From assembly GCA_027320085.1 (NCBI GenBank), contig DAHVLZ010000009.1, positions 1 through 64,000 of the forward strand: 64,000 bases of DNA. The letters are read 5' to 3'. Below are positions 8,407 through 20,253 of this stretch, in pieces. The first letter of the stretch is position 1. Each line of letters begins with the position of its first letter. The notes under the pieces are model-generated. The model worked only from the letters and a program-made list of their open reading frames with translations, was not told the DNA's origin and made no database searches. This stretch comes from Pseudomonadota bacterium (GTDB taxonomy: Bacteria; Pseudomonadota; Gammaproteobacteria; JAKAQQ01). A program made the translations under genes and the position numbers.

Positions 8407-9911
8407 ACGCGCCCGACGAGACGGTCCTCAAGGAACGGGCACGCGAGGGTGATCCCGAAGCCATGCTGGCACTGGGCCAGGCTCTTTTGGCCAAAAGCCG
8501 ACATGGAGACCAGGCCGAAACAGAAGGACTCGAGTGGCTCGATGAGGCCGGCCGCGCAGGGCATCCCCTGGCTCCGCTTGCCTTGGGGGATTTCCACAGC
8601 CAGCGCATCATCGGCCCTGAATCCCTTGCGCGTGCTGCAGCCGCCTACCAGGTCGCCGCCCAGGCCAACCACCCCGCCGCTCTCGACCGGCTGGGGGATC
8701 TCAGCCTTCTCGGCTGGGGTTGCCCGGAGGATCCGGTGCGTGCGGTGTCGTTATACGAAAAAACGGCCCTGCTCGGCTATCCCGTGGGATTCGGTCACCT
8801 GGCCTTCTGTCTGGATCACGGCATCGGTTTGCCGCCGAACCCGGATCTGGCCCGCAGGGCCCGGCTTTGGCAGGCCGCCTTGGCTTATCCGAGAGGATAT
8901 TTCAGTGCCGCCTTTGACCTGGCACGGAATCCGCCCATCGACCCCGTAGCGGCCCACGCGCTGGCCAGCCAAGCCGCCGCACGGGGATACCCCCTGTCGG
9001 GAGATCTCCTGGAACGAAGCGGTTCCGAGCTCACGCGGGAACAACGGGAGGCCGCCCTTGCACTCACAGGCCAGCTGGAAGGTCACCGGATCGAGTTTGA
9101 GGCAGCCGTAGGAGCACTCGAGGCCCGCCAGGCACCTGAGCTCGGACGTCCCGGCTTCCTCAATGCCCTGGCTCACGAACACTGGCAGCGAATGATCCAA
9201 AAGCCAGCACTCGCGCTGACCTCTCTCCCCGAGCTGGGATCCAGCTTGGATGCACATCGAACCCTGCCGCGCTCAGTGACACCACTCCCTGCCACCGTCG
9301 AACGCTCGATGAGCCCACAGGTTCGCGAGTACCCTGACTTCCTCGACCCCGAAACCATGGCCCACGTCATGGAACTCGTCTGGCATGATCTGGGACCCGC
9401 CAGCGGGAAGGTGAAAGATACCCTGTCCAACGAGAACAACGCCTTCAGCGGGGACGTGGCGATGCTGCGTCTGCCGCAGGCTGACCTGACCATTCACTGG
9501 ATCGCGGCACGCGTGGCCCGTCTCCTCGGTATCCCGCTCGAACGGATCGAACCCTTTTCGGTTCTCCGTTACCGAACCGGACACCGCTACGCCGAGCACG
9601 TCGACTATTTCGATGCCGCACGTCTCGAGGAATATGCCCGGGCAGGAGATCCGGGCGGGCAGCGGGTGGGCACCTTTTTGATCTACCTGCGTGCACCCGA
9701 GGCGGGTGGGGAGACCCACTACCCCGAAACCGGCCTCCGGGTCCGAGGTCGCCCGGGCCTCGGCGTGTGGCACGGCAACGTGCGATCTGACGGGCAACCT
9801 GACCCGCGGAGCCGGCACGAAGGCAGCCCGATCGGACGGGGAGAGAAGTGGCTACTCCGGACGGCGATCCGCGCGCGGGCGCTCTACGGAGTTGGGCTGG
9901 ACTCGAGATGA
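8403..9911 (+). CDS. Sel1-like repeat plus prolyl-4-hydroxylase-like 2OG-Fe(II) oxygenase fusion
   Basis: N-terminal Sel1 repeats (GDPEAMLALG, LGDLSLLGWGCPEDP..A..LYEK, HGIGLPPN); C-terminal HVDYFD, RVGTFLIYL, GGETHYP, HEGSPI..GEKW. Confidence 0.85.
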   Translation: MNAPDETVLKERAREGDPEAMLALGQALLAKSRHGDQAETEGLEWLDEAGRAGHPLAPLALGDFHSQRIIGPESLARAAAAYQVAAQANHPAALDRLGDLSLLGWGCPEDPVRAVSLYEKTALLGYPVGFGHLAFCLDHGIGLPPNPDLARRARLWQAALAYPRGYFSAAFDLARNPPIDPVAAHALASQAAARGYPLSGDLLERSGSELTREQREAALALTGQLEGHRIEFEAAVGALEARQAPELGRPGFLNALAHEHWQRMIQKPALALTSLPELGSSLDAHRTLPRSVTPLPATVERSMSPQVREYPDFLDPETMAHVMELVWHDLGPASGKVKDTLSNENNAFSGDVAMLRLPQADLTIHWIAARVARLLGIPLERIEPFSVLRYRTGHRYAEHVDYFDAARLEEYARAGDPGGQRVGTFLIYLRAPEAGGETHYPETGLRVRGRPGLGVWHGNVRSDGQPDPRSRHEGSPIGRGEKWLLRTAIRARALYGVGLDSR

Positions 9912-11128
9912 CGGAACAGGCGCCAGTACCCCACCACGTAGATCAGCTGCAAGACAAAAGCCAGATAAAAAGGCAAGATGAGATCCCCCTGTTCGATCAG
10001 GGTGCCTGAAAGCACCGGGCCGACGGCTTGGGGAAACTGGAAGGACGTGGCGTTGAGGCTCGTGGCCCATCCGCGCCGCTCATCGCCCACAAGTGACATG
10101 ACCACGGCCTGGCGAGCACCCACGGATCCCCGGTTCAGTGCCGAACGGATGAAGTAGACAAACGCAGCCAGGGCGTAGGTGGGCATGAGGGGCAGGATGG
10201 CGAGCAGGATGAGCCCCAAACTCCTCAGGCTCACCACCGAACGGACGAGCCCGAGCCGCTCCGTGAGGCGTCCCGTGACCAACGAGGAGACACCGGTCAC
10301 AGCAAAGGCCAGCCCCATCACAGGGGCAATGGATGCAGGACCCACACCGAACCGCATCGCCAGCCAGTAGGACATGAGCGGCCCGATCAATCCCACGGCG
10401 AAGCCGTTGACCGAGTTGAGAAGTACAAGGCGGGTGAGGTTCCGGTTCTCCTTCAGCCGCTGTGCCCGGACGTGGTGGACGGGAGCCGGGGCTCTGGGCG
10501 GGGGCCGGACTTCCCGGAGGAAGGAGAGGACCATGAGATTGAACAGGCTGGATGCCACCGGCAGGATAAAAAGCAGGCGATAACCCAGAAGTCCAAGGCC
10601 CGCCACACCAGGGAAAACGGCAATCAGCGCACCGACTCCCATGCCAAAGAAACCCGTTGCGGTATTGAGGCTGAAAATCCGCCCCCGCCGCTTGGGAGCG
10701 ATCAGGTGGGCGAGCCAAGCTTGTTCCGCCGCCGCAAAGGGGCCTGCCGACCCGTTGGCCCCTCGCCCGAAACCGGCCAGCACGATGGGGATCGCGAGCA
10801 GCCACGGCGTTTGGGCCAAAAAAGCGGTCACGGCAGCGCCGAGAGTCAGGCACTCGTTCGCGACGATGAAGGGTTTGCGGGTCATCCGGTCGCTCGAAAA
10901 CCCGACCAGTAGTGAGAGTGCGCCGGTAAAGAGGCCACCGCCCGTGAGCACGAGACCGATTTCGGTACCGGACCATCCGAGCCGCGCGAGATAAAGTGCA
11001 AGGTCGACGAAAAACGCCCCCTGACCCAGGCTGCGGGCACCGCGCAGGGCGATCAGGGCCCGGGCCGTACTTGGCAGGCGGGACTCCGGGGCGGGATCCG
11101 CGCCCGTCGGAGGGGGAACCGGACTCAT
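9884..11128 (-). CDS. MFS transporter
   Basis: About 12 hydrophobic helices; motif A-like [10 protein letters not shown] and GRLTERLG. Confidence 0.88.
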   Translation of the reverse strand: MSPVPPPTGADPAPESRLPSTARALIALRGARSLGQGAFFVDLALYLARLGWSGTEIGLVLTGGGLFTGALSLLVGFSSDRMTRKPFIVANECLTLGAAVTAFLAQTPWLLAIPIVLAGFGRGANGSAGPFAAAEQAWLAHLIAPKRRGRIFSLNTATGFFGMGVGALIAVFPGVAGLGLLGYRLLFILPVASSLFNLMVLSFLREVRPPPRAPAPVHHVRAQRLKENRNLTRLVLLNSVNGFAVGLIGPLMSYWLAMRFGVGPASIAPVMGLAFAVTGVSSLVTGRLTERLGLVRSVVSLRSLGLILLAILPLMPTYALAAFVYFIRSALNRGSVGARQAVVMSLVGDERRGWATSLNATSFQFPQAVGPVLSGTLIEQGDLILPFYLAFVLQLIYVVGYWRLFRHLESSPTP

Positions 11129-12816
11129 CCCGGGCGACGGGAAGGCCGGGTTCCATCAATCATCGGCAGATCCAATCCCCGTTCGCGGGCCACCTCAATC
11201 GCCCGCGGATAACCCGCATCCGCATGACGCATGACCCCGGTTCCGGGATCATTGGTCAGGGCCAGACGAAGAGCGCGGGCAGCTCGGGGAGAACCATCAC
11301 AGACCACGACCAGACCGGCATGCAGGGCGTAGCCCATTCCCACGCCGCCCCCGTGATGGAAACTGACCCATGAGGCCCCCGAAGCCACATTGAGCAACGC
11401 ATTCAAGATCGGCCAGTCAGCAACGGCATCGGAACCGTCGCGCATGGCTTCCGTCTCCCGGTACGGGGAGGCCACAGAACCCGCATCCAGGTGATCGCGG
11501 CCGATGGCAATCGGCGCCTTGAGCTCACCGCGGGCGACCATCTCATTGAAGGCGAGACCCAGACGATCGCGTTCCCGGTAACCCAGCCAGAGTATCCGGG
11601 CCGGCAGACCCTGGAACCGGATGCGAGCCTGGGCCATGTCGAGCCAGCGGTTGAGCCTCGGATTGTCGGGGAAAAGTTCGCGGGCCTTGGCATCGGTCCG
11701 GGCAATGTCCTCGGGATCCCCGGACAGGGCAACCCAGCGAAAGGGTCCCAACCCCTCACAGAACAGCGGACGGATGTAGAGCGGGACGAAGCCCTTGAAG
11801 TCGAAGGCCCGCTCGACACCGGCCTCATGGGCTTCGGCCCGGATGTTGTTGCCGTAGTCGAAAACCGGAACACCCCGGTCATGGAACTCCAGCATGGCCC
11901 GCACATGACGGGCAATCGACTCGCGGGCCCGCCGCCGGTACTCGTTCGGCTCCGTCTTCCGGAGCGCCGCGGCTTCTTCCAGGGAAAGTCCAACCGGGAC
12001 ATAACCGTTGAGGGGATCGTGGGCCGAGGTCTGATCAGTGACGAGATCCGGCCGGATACCCCTTTGGGCCATCGCCTCGAAGACGGTAGCCGCATTGCCG
12101 AGCAGTCCCACGGAGACCGGCTGATTCCGGGCGCGGGCTTCTCCGATACACCCCAGTGCCTCATCGAGTCCGGTTGCAATCCGATCCAGATACCCGCTCG
12201 CCAGCCGCCGCCGGATGCGACTTTCGTCGACCTCAACTGCAAGGCAGGACAGACCGGCGAACGTGGCGGCCAAGGGTTGCGCGCCACCCATCCCGCCGAG
12301 TCCGGCGGTGAGGAGCCAGCGGCCGGTTGCATTCCCGCCATAATGTTGGGATACAGCCTGCGCAAAGGTCTCGTAGGTCCCCTCGACGATCCCCTGCGAA
12401 CCGATGTAGATCCAGGACCCGGCCGTCATCTGCCCGAACATCATGAGCCCCCTTCGGTCGAGCTCTTCGAAGTGTTCCCAGGTCGCCCAGCGACCGACCA
12501 GGTTCGAATTCGCGATCAGAACCCTCGGTGCATCCACATGCGTTTCAAAGACACCGACCGGCTTCCCGGACTGGATCAAGAGGGTTTCGTCGTTGGCCAG
12601 CCGACGCAGGGTCGCGATGATGGCGTCGAAGGACTCCCAGTCCCGTGCCGCCCGACCGATGCCGCCGTAGACCACGAGTTCCTCGGGCTTTTCGCCAACC
12701 TCCGGATCGAGATTGTTGTGGATGAGGCGCAGGGCAGCCTCCTGAACCCATCCGGCGCAACTCCGTTCGGGCCCGCGGGGTGCCCGGAGGGTGATGGATC
12801 GATGTCGCGTGGGCAT
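11125..12816 (-). CDS. hutU: Urocanate hydratase
   Basis: [58 protein letters not shown]. Confidence 0.98.
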   Translation of the reverse strand: MPTRHRSITLRAPRGPERSCAGWVQEAALRLIHNNLDPEVGEKPEELVVYGGIGRAARDWESFDAIIATLRRLANDETLLIQSGKPVGVFETHVDAPRVLIANSNLVGRWATWEHFEELDRRGLMMFGQMTAGSWIYIGSQGIVEGTYETFAQAVSQHYGGNATGRWLLTAGLGGMGGAQPLAATFAGLSCLAVEVDESRIRRRLASGYLDRIATGLDEALGCIGEARARNQPVSVGLLGNAATVFEAMAQRGIRPDLVTDQTSAHDPLNGYVPVGLSLEEAAALRKTEPNEYRRRARESIARHVRAMLEFHDRGVPVFDYGNNIRAEAHEAGVERAFDFKGFVPLYIRPLFCEGLGPFRWVALSGDPEDIARTDAKARELFPDNPRLNRWLDMAQARIRFQGLPARILWLGYRERDRLGLAFNEMVARGELKAPIAIGRDHLDAGSVASPYRETEAMRDGSDAVADWPILNALLNVASGASWVSFHHGGGVGMGYALHAGLVVVCDGSPRAARALRLALTNDPGTGVMRHADAGYPRAIEVARERGLDLPMIDGTRPSRRPG

Positions 12817-12841
12817 GGGCAGAATCTCCCGGGGCCGTAGG

Positions 12842-15800
12842 TCAGAAAGGGGTTTGGGTCTCCGGCGTCATTCTACCGCCGCCGTTTTGCGTCCCGCTTC
12901 CATGCCGGCCACTCAAGACGAAACGCCGGGCATTGTCGAACAGCGCCAACCACGGGGAAGTCTCTCGCCAGTCGTCGGGATGCCATGAGAGCTGGATTGT
13001 TCGGAACGAACGCTCGAAATGCGGCATGGCGATCAAAACGCGGCCATCCCGGTTCGTGAACGCGGTGACTCCGCCAGGGGAACCATTCGGGTTCGCCGGA
13101 TAATCCTCGGTTGGCTCCCCCCGCCCGGACAGGTACTCAAGCGCAACACCGCCACGAGCCCGCAGGCGGTCGAGATCACCGGGCGCAAACCAGGCTCGTC
13201 CCTCACCATGCGACACGACGATTGGCCATTCCCCACCCGCGAGCCCACTGAGCCAGGGGGAAGGACCGGTGCCCACCCGGACCATGACGAGGCGGGCTTC
13301 GAACTGTTCGGAACGGTTCGGCCTGAACTCGGGCCAGTCCTCCGCACCCGGGATGAGATCGCGGAGCCCGGCCAGCATCTGACAGCCATTGCAGATCCCC
13401 AGTGCCAGGGTGCCGGTACGGGCGAAAAATGCCCGAAATCCGTCGCGAAGCCGGGGATCATCACGGACGGCCTGTGCCCAACCGTTACCGGCACCCAGGA
13501 CATCTCCGTAGGAAAACCCCCCGCAGGCGGCCACGACATCGTAGGATTCCAAGGTCTCATCACCGGAGACGAGATCGCTCATGTGTACGTCGGACGCCCG
13601 GAAGCCTGCGGCCATGAAGGCAGCCGCCATCTCGAGCTGGCCATTCACGCCCTGTTCGCGCAGGATGGCCACCCGGGGCCGGCTCGAACGGGACGCGCGG
13701 AAGGCTTTTCGGGCGGGTGCCGGGGAAGCCCACAGACGATAGCGATCCGGATCATCCCGCGCGAGTTCCTCCTGGTCGGCTGACGCCGGCTCGTCACGCA
13801 GGTGCTTGATCGCATGGGTGGTCTGGGACCAGGTTCGGCGTAGTTCAGAGCGGCTGGCTTCGAACAGGACCCGGGAATCTGACCGGATGCGGATCCGGTC
13901 TTCCATGCTGGTTTCAGCCAGCCGATGAACCTGACCTGCGAAGCCACCCTCTTCCAAAAGCGCCCGGGCCTCACCGGCCCGATCGGAATCCACCGCGACA
14001 ATCGCCCCGGGTGCCTCATCCAAGAGGAAGCGGTTGAGAGACTCGCCTTCGAGGCGGGCCCTGAACTCAAGCCCGGCCCGGCTTGCAAATGCCATCTCGA
14101 GAGCCGCAACCCAGGCGCCACCATCTGACCGGTCATGGTAGGCGCAAACCCACCCCCGTTCCCGGAGCGCGTCGAGAAGATGCCAGAACCGGGGCAGCGC
14201 TTCCGGATCGTCAAGATCAGGCACTGCCGCGCCGAGCTGGCCCATCACCTGGGCTGCCACGCTTCCACCCAGCCGACCTTTCCGGTGGCTCAATTCGACC
14301 AGGAGAAGAACCGGTTTCTTTCCGGGATCAAACGCTGGAGTGAGTGTCCGGCGGACATCCGTTACTCGGCCAAAGGCCGATATCACCACGGTGACGGGTG
14401 CGCGGATCTCGGTCTTCGGACCCTCCGGCAACCGGACCCGCATCGAGAGCGAATCCTTGCCCACGGGAATGGGGATCGAGAGGGCCCGGGCACAGTCCGA
14501 CAAAGCTTCCACGGCAGCGTAAAGTGCGCCCTCCTCCCCGGCGTCTCCTGCAGCAGCCATCCAGTTCGCCGAAAGCGCTACCGCGTGGACACCCGGCACT
14601 GGGGACGCCATGAGATTGGTGAGTGCCTCGGCCAAGGCCAGCCGGGCGGATGCCCTGGGATCGATCAGCGCCACCGGTGGACGCTCGCCCAAGGCAAAGG
14701 CATCGCCACCAAAGCCATCGAAATCGCGTGCCACGACCGCGACATCCGCCACGGGAACCTGATAGGGACCCACCATCGGATCGCGCACCGAAAGACCGCC
14801 GACCGTCCGGTCGGCGATCGTCACGAGGAAGCTCTTGTCGGCCACCGTCGGCGCTTTGAGCACCTCCCGGAGGAGTTCCACGGTCGAGAGAGTCCAGACC
14901 AGGCCATCTGAGGTCTCACGACACGGTTGGGGCACCACAATCCTCCGCCGCCTCCGGCGGGTTCCCTGAAACAGCAAGTCGAGGTCCAGATCGATCGGGG
15001 TTTCCGGCTGGGTGCCATCCCGCACGACCAGTCGGGGTTCCGCCGTCGTCTCACCAATCCGGGCCCAGGGGCAACGCTCGCGCGCAGCAATTCCCCCGAG
15101 CATCGTCAAGCCCTCCGGCCGCAGGGCAAGCACGTATCGTTCCTGCGATTCGTTGCACCAGAGTTCCATCGGCGACAGGCTGGAATCTCCCCGGGGAATG
15201 GATTGAAGATCAATCCTGGCGCCGACCCGACCGGACCACGCCAGTTCCGGCACGGCATTGGCCAAACCGCCGGCCCCCACGTCGTGAATTGCAACCACCG
15301 GATTTTCGGGGCCGAGGGCAACCAGCCGGTCAATCACCTCCTGGGTCCGACGCTCCATCTCGGGATTCCCCCGCTGCACCGACGCCCAGTCCAGGCCATC
15401 TGCGAGTCCCCCGGTTCGAGAGGATTGGGTGCCTCCGCCAAGACCGATGAGAAAACCTGGACCCCCGAGTACGACGATGGCGAGCCCTGGGCGCAATGGG
15501 CGCTTGCGCCAAGCCTGTCCCCGCAACGAACCGATTCCTCCGGCCAGCATGACCGGCTTGGCATAACCATGGGTCACTCGGGAGGCGGGATCGGCGCCGG
15601 CTTCAGACTCGAAACTCCGGAAATAGCCGGCCAGGTTGGGCCGGCCGAACTCGTTGTTGTAGGAAGCCGCGCCAATCGGACCATCACGCATGATCTCAAA
15701 GGCACTGGCCATGCCTGGCAGGGCAGTCGGGGCCTTTTTTTCCCAGGGGCGGGCGAGCCCCGGAATGTGAAGGTCGGAGACTGAAAATCCGCACAATCCA

Positions 15801-16777
15801 GCCCTCGGCCGGGCCCCCCGGCCGGTCGCGGCCTCGTCGCGGATCTCACCCCCGCTGCCGGTGGCCGCACCCGGGAAGGGTGCAATGGCCGTGGGGTGGT
15901 TGTGGGTCTCGACCTTGATCACGCCATGGACAGGCTCTCTATGCATGCGGTAGACCCGATCGGCGAGACTGGCACCGATCCGTTGTGTACTGTCACCTTC
16001 GATCACGGCCGCATTGTCGCGGTAGGCCAAAAGCACGGGGCCATGATGGCTCCGGTAGGTCTCACGGATCGAGTCAAAGAGTGTCCGCTCCAACCGCTGC
16101 CCATCTGTCTCAAGCGGCGAATTGAAGATGTGATGCCGACAATGTTCCGAGTGGATCTGTGCCCACATCATGAGTTCCGCATCCGTGGGATCCCGCCCCA
16201 GGCGGCGAAACACGGTCAGGAGATGGGCCCGATCACGCCCGTCGAGACCGAGACCGAGTTGCCGGTCAGCCTGCTCGAGGGCCTGGGGTCCCCCCGTGAG
16301 CAACGGAATCACGCCCAGGCTACGGGGAGGGGGGGATTCAAAAACCTGGCGGGCATCCGCGAGCGTCGGGAGCACGCTTTCGGTCAGTGGGTCGGTAATG
16401 TGTCGGGCCACAAGCGCCCGCTCCGTCTCAGTCAGGGGATCCCGGGTCCGGTAGACGACCCCCCGTTCGATTCGGCCGAAGCCACCCAGCCCGATCCGTT
16501 CCAGGATGTCCGTCGCCTTGGAGGACCAGGGAGACACTGTCCCGAGACGGGGCACGATTATCAGATCGCAGTCTGCGTCCGGGAGTGTCGCCGAAACGGC
16601 CTGTGCATCCCCCAAAAGCGACCTCAAGCGCTCCTCAGGATCGCCCCCTGGGCCCTCTTTCTCGATTAGGTAGAGAAAACGCGCCTCCGCTAGTCGAACC
16701 TCAATCGGGGCCCATCGTTCCTCGATCTTTCTCAGACGGAAAGAGGAAAGGGCGGAACCTCCCAGATAAGTGCGCAA
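12842..16777 (-). CDS. purL: Phosphoribosylformylglycinamidine synthase (large type)
   Basis: [50 protein letters not shown]; 1311 aa. Confidence 0.97.
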   Translation of the reverse strand: MRTYLGGSALSSFRLRKIEERWAPIEVRLAEARFLYLIEKEGPGGDPEERLRSLLGDAQAVSATLPDADCDLIIVPRLGTVSPWSSKATDILERIGLGGFGRIERGVVYRTRDPLTETERALVARHITDPLTESVLPTLADARQVFESPPPRSLGVIPLLTGGPQALEQADRQLGLGLDGRDRAHLLTVFRRLGRDPTDAELMMWAQIHSEHCRHHIFNSPLETDGQRLERTLFDSIRETYRSHHGPVLLAYRDNAAVIEGDSTQRIGASLADRVYRMHREPVHGVIKVETHNHPTAIAPFPGAATGSGGEIRDEAATGRGARPRAGLCGFSVSDLHIPGLARPWEKKAPTALPGMASAFEIMRDGPIGAASYNNEFGRPNLAGYFRSFESEAGADPASRVTHGYAKPVMLAGGIGSLRGQAWRKRPLRPGLAIVVLGGPGFLIGLGGGTQSSRTGGLADGLDWASVQRGNPEMERRTQEVIDRLVALGPENPVVAIHDVGAGGLANAVPELAWSGRVGARIDLQSIPRGDSSLSPMELWCNESQERYVLALRPEGLTMLGGIAARERCPWARIGETTAEPRLVVRDGTQPETPIDLDLDLLFQGTRRRRRRIVVPQPCRETSDGLVWTLSTVELLREVLKAPTVADKSFLVTIADRTVGGLSVRDPMVGPYQVPVADVAVVARDFDGFGGDAFALGERPPVALIDPRASARLALAEALTNLMASPVPGVHAVALSANWMAAAGDAGEEGALYAAVEALSDCARALSIPIPVGKDSLSMRVRLPEGPKTEIRAPVTVVISAFGRVTDVRRTLTPAFDPGKKPVLLLVELSHRKGRLGGSVAAQVMGQLGAAVPDLDDPEALPRFWHLLDALRERGWVCAYHDRSDGGAWVAALEMAFASRAGLEFRARLEGESLNRFLLDEAPGAIVAVDSDRAGEARALLEEGGFAGQVHRLAETSMEDRIRIRSDSRVLFEASRSELRRTWSQTTHAIKHLRDEPASADQEELARDDPDRYRLWASPAPARKAFRASRSSRPRVAILREQGVNGQLEMAAAFMAAGFRASDVHMSDLVSGDETLESYDVVAACGGFSYGDVLGAGNGWAQAVRDDPRLRDGFRAFFARTGTLALGICNGCQMLAGLRDLIPGAEDWPEFRPNRSEQFEARLVMVRVGTGPSPWLSGLAGGEWPIVVSHGEGRAWFAPGDLDRLRARGGVALEYLSGRGEPTEDYPANPNGSPGGVTAFTNRDGRVLIAMPHFERSFRTIQLSWHPDDWRETSPWLALFDNARRFVLSGRHGSGTQNGGGRMTPETQTPF

Positions 16778-16817
16778 CGGACTTCCGATGGGTGGGGCTC
16801 AAACAGCGGACGCTGAA

Positions 16818-16823
16818 ATTATA
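16818..16823 (-). promoter_or_regulatory. Putative -10 box of purL
   Basis: Consensus TATAAT 40 bp upstream of purL in GC-rich context; no clear -35. Confidence 0.45.
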
Positions 16824-17332
16824 GCGCGGCCCCCAACCGGCAGTTCCCGCCTCCCCTCATCCGCGCGGCGGACCCATCCCCCGGCTCCTCCGCCGGTCCC
16901 TCGCGAGCTGCCATGAAGCAACCTCGCCCACGAACCGGGTCCGTCTCGGGAAACCGGCCGCGGGGGGTCTTTTTCACGGGCCGATCAGCGATGCGCTTCG
17001 GTCATGGACATCCTGCCCCAATTTACCGGCCCGGTTTCGACCGGTTTCCCCCGGTTCATGAACCACTCCGACTCCGGATGCCCGCGCTTCGTCACCCCGA
17101 ACTCGTAACGCCCGCCCGCCGCCGGCAACTTCGCCAAGAGACGGCGAACGAAGGTAAGCCCGACGCTTGGTTTGAGTAGCCCAGACGGATACTTCCGCCT
17201 GTCCGGGGTTTCCCCGGACACGACGACCACAGTCCTGATGGCATCCATTACAAATGCAGGCTCTAACCGGGTTCCCTGCGAATCAACCCCCCGGCTCAAC
17301 CCGGTTCGGGTGCACCGGATCCCCGGTTTACC

Positions 17333-17686
17333 CTATTTTTTGGGTTCGCGTCCGGCCGGATAGACAAACGGCAGGGGAGTCACGTTACTGCCCTCAGAGG
17401 CGATGATGCGGGCAGTGCCTTCCTCAGAGACTTCATCGATGCGAAAGATCGCATGCAGGGGAATCAGGGCCCGGCGCACGCCCGAGAACTCATCCCGCAG
17501 CCGTTCTTCGCTGGGATCGATGACCCGCTCGGTCTTCTGGCCGAAGACAAAGTCTTCCAAACTGACGAACCCCCACAGGCCCTGGTCGTTGACCTGCCGC
17601 ACGAAGACCTCGTAGATCTTTCCCTGGTTGAGGAATGAGACCCGGTAAAGGGAACGGGGAACGGCGGGTTTCATGGATCGGCCCAT
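17333..17686 (-). CDS. DUF1820-family protein
   Basis: YRVSFLNQGKIYEVF, IDPSEERLRDEFSGV...IPLHAIFRIDEV. Confidence 0.8.
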   Translation of the reverse strand: MGRSMKPAVPRSLYRVSFLNQGKIYEVFVRQVNDQGLWGFVSLEDFVFGQKTERVIDPSEERLRDEFSGVRRALIPLHAIFRIDEVSEEGTARIIASEGSNVTPLPFVYPAGREPKK

Positions 17687-17725
17687 CAGGTCCGAGCGGC
17701 TGGAAGGAGAACCCGATTCATGAAC

Positions 17726-18289
17726 TCAGTGCTCCGTCCGCCACTTGATACTGCACCCGATCGCCGGGTACTGGTGGGCTGGTGGCGGCGCGCCCTGAAG
17801 GAGCGATTCGATCGCTCCCGCAAGATCACTCCCCGTGACCGGCTTTCCGTTACCGGGAGTCGAATCGTCAAACCGACCCCGATAGTACAGGTTCCGATTT
17901 CCATCGAACAGGTAGAACTCGGGGGTACAGGCCGCCTGGAGCGAGCGGACAAAGGCCTGGCTCTCGTCATAGAGGTAGGGAAACCCGAAACCCATCTCCC
18001 GGGCCACAGCCGCGAGTCGCGGCGGGGCATCTTCGGGATAGGCCTTGGGATCATTGGCGCTCACGGCCAAGGACGTGATGCCACGGGCCGCATACCGCGC
18101 CGCAAAAGGCCCCAAGGCCGAACGGAGATGGACGACAGCAGGGCAGTGATTGCAGATCACCATGACGAGGAGACCCTCAGTCCTTGGCAGATCGGCACTC
18201 CTGTAATCGACCCCCCGCATGGGATCATTCAACCGGAAGGCCGGCACTGGAGTCCCGATCGCAAGCGGGTCTGACTGGGTGGTAGGCAT
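17726..18289 (-). CDS. Thioredoxin-like / AhpC-TSA family protein
   Basis: ICNHCP, YPEDAP, FPYLYDESQ, AACTPEFYLFD, GCSIKW. Confidence 0.9.
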   Translation of the reverse strand: MPTTQSDPLAIGTPVPAFRLNDPMRGVDYRSADLPRTEGLLVMVICNHCPAVVHLRSALGPFAARYAARGITSLAVSANDPKAYPEDAPPRLAAVAREMGFGFPYLYDESQAFVRSLQAACTPEFYLFDGNRNLYYRGRFDDSTPGNGKPVTGSDLAGAIESLLQGAPPPAHQYPAIGCSIKWRTEH

Positions 18290-18358
18290 GGGAGATCCGG
18301 GGTTGGTAGTCCGGGGTCCTTGTGAGGACCCTATTTTACCCGAGAACCTCCTTTCCCC

Positions 18359-20134
18359 TCACGAACGGACCGGCTTGCGCAGGGTGATGCCCAGTTCGCG
18401 AAGCTGGAGCTCGGTCACGGTACCCGGCGCTCCGGTCAGGGGATCGGTTGCCGACTGCGTCTTCGGGAAGGCGATCACTTCCCGGATGTTGGCGGCACCG
18501 GTCATGAGCATGACGAGCCGGTCCAGGCCAAACGCCATGCCACCGTGCGGCGGGGCTCCCCAGCCCAATGCGTCGAGCAGAAACCCGAACTTCTCCTGCA
18601 TCTCCTCCCGGCTCATGCCGAGGAGATCGAGAACCTGCCGCTGGAGTTCCGGCTCATGTATCCGGATCGATCCTCCTCCCACCTCGTAACCGTTGAGTAC
18701 AAGATCATAGGCACGAGACAGCACGCTGCCGGGATCGGACTTAAGCCGGGGGCGATCGGCATGACGCGGAGCCGTGAATGGATGGTGGAGGGCCTGCCAG
18801 CGCTTTTCTTCCGGATCCCACTCAAACATCGGAAAGTCGGTCACCCAGAGCACTTCATAGCCCCGACGGAGAAGACCGAGATCGTGGCCGAGCCGGATCC
18901 TCAGCTGGGACAGGGTCTCGTTGACCGTGGCCTGATCACCGGCACCAAAAAACAGCAGGTCACCGGGCCGGGTACCCGTCCGTGACTTTAGCCCGTCGAT
19001 GAAGTCGGGACTCAGGAATTTCACGATCGGAGAGTTCAGACCGGCTACGCCAGCGTCGGGATCCAGGACGCGGATCCAGGCCAGACCGGAGGCACCTCGG
19101 GCCTTCACAAACTCGGTCAACTGGTCGATCTGGCTGCGGGTAACCCGCTCCCCCTCTGGCAGGCGCAGGACGGCCACCCGTCCTCCCGGAGTCCGGGCCG
19201 GCTCCCGGAACACCCGAAAGTCCAGATCCCGCGCCAGATCCGAAAGTTCGGTCAGTTCCAGCGGATTACGCAAGTCCGGCTTGTCTGAACCGTAACGCCG
19301 GAGTGCTTCGGCGTAGGTGAGGTGAGGAAAAGGATCCGGAAGCGCCACCCCGAGCACCGCCCGGAACAGATGGCGGATCATCGCTTCCATGAGGTTCTGG
19401 ATGGAGGCCTCGTCGAGGAAGGAGGTTTCGATATCGAGCTGGGTAAACTCGGGTTGGCGATCGGCCCGTAGATCCTCGTCGCGGAAGCACCGGACGATCT
19501 GGTAGTACCGATCCAGCCCACCAATCATGAGGATCTGCTTGAACAGCTGTGGCGACTGGGGCAGGGCAAAAAAGTGCCCCGGTTGGGTCCGGCTGGGCAC
19601 GAGATAGTCACGCGCCCCCTCTGGAGTCGCACGGGTGAGAACCGGGGTCTCGACTTCAAGAAAACCCGCTTGATCCAACCAGCTCCTAAGTTCCCGGGCA
19701 ATCCGCGCCCGCATCCGCAGGCGGCCCTGCAACTCCGGCCGGCGCAGGTCCAGGTACCGGTAACGCAGGCGGATCTCTTCGCTCGTATCGGTTTCATCGA
19801 GGGAAAAAGGCAGGGGTTCGGCCGGGTTCAGGATTTCGAGCTCGCGCACCCGGATCTCGATTCTGCCCGTGGCCAGTTCCGGGTTTTCGGTTCCCGGTGG
19901 ACGGAGGGTAACCTGTCCCCGGACCCGGATCACGTATTCCGCACGAAGTCGCTCGGCATTTGCGAAGAGAGCCTGATCTTCGGGCGAGAAAACCAGCTGG
20001 ACCAGGCCCGTGGCATCCCGGAGATCCACGAAAAGGACACCCCCATGATCACGCCGGTGGTGAACCCAACCAGCCAGCCAGATTTCATGGCCGGAAGCCG
20101 CCTCCGGGATCAGGCCGCAGGAATGGTCGCGCAT
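18359..20134 (-). CDS. aspS: Aspartate--tRNA ligase, probably non-discriminating
   Basis: RRDHGG..FVDLRD, TPEGARDYLVPSR, FRDEDLRADRQPEFTQLD, PPHGG.AFGLDR. His in RRDHGG and Gly in RPPG suggest the ND type. Confidence 0.97.
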   Translation of the reverse strand: MRDHSCGLIPEAASGHEIWLAGWVHHRRDHGGVLFVDLRDATGLVQLVFSPEDQALFANAERLRAEYVIRVRGQVTLRPPGTENPELATGRIEIRVRELEILNPAEPLPFSLDETDTSEEIRLRYRYLDLRRPELQGRLRMRARIARELRSWLDQAGFLEVETPVLTRATPEGARDYLVPSRTQPGHFFALPQSPQLFKQILMIGGLDRYYQIVRCFRDEDLRADRQPEFTQLDIETSFLDEASIQNLMEAMIRHLFRAVLGVALPDPFPHLTYAEALRRYGSDKPDLRNPLELTELSDLARDLDFRVFREPARTPGGRVAVLRLPEGERVTRSQIDQLTEFVKARGASGLAWIRVLDPDAGVAGLNSPIVKFLSPDFIDGLKSRTGTRPGDLLFFGAGDQATVNETLSQLRIRLGHDLGLLRRGYEVLWVTDFPMFEWDPEEKRWQALHHPFTAPRHADRPRLKSDPGSVLSRAYDLVLNGYEVGGGSIRIHEPELQRQVLDLLGMSREEMQEKFGFLLDALGWGAPPHGGMAFGLDRLVMLMTGAANIREVIAFPKTQSATDPLTGAPGTVTELQLRELGITLRKPVRS

Positions 20135-20253
20135 GGGAAAACCGGGTAACCCTGGTGTTAGAAAGGCGATTTTAGCTGCTGGGCCGCCTTCACTCAACCG
20201 CAGCGCCCACCCGCTCAGGCAGGGGCGCAACGCAATCGGGTCAAACCCGGAAC

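Noticed and set aside
11491-12840. 449-aa ORF opposite hutU, and similar ORFs at 27462-28673, 45582-46874, 47048-48301, 57998-59632 and 61052-62218
   Set aside because: Typical stop-poor antisense frames of high-GC genes
16985-17299. 104-aa minus-strand ORF and 88-aa plus-strand ORF (16913-17179) as genes
   Set aside because: No recognisable family or good RBS; the region is treated as a candidate RNA instead
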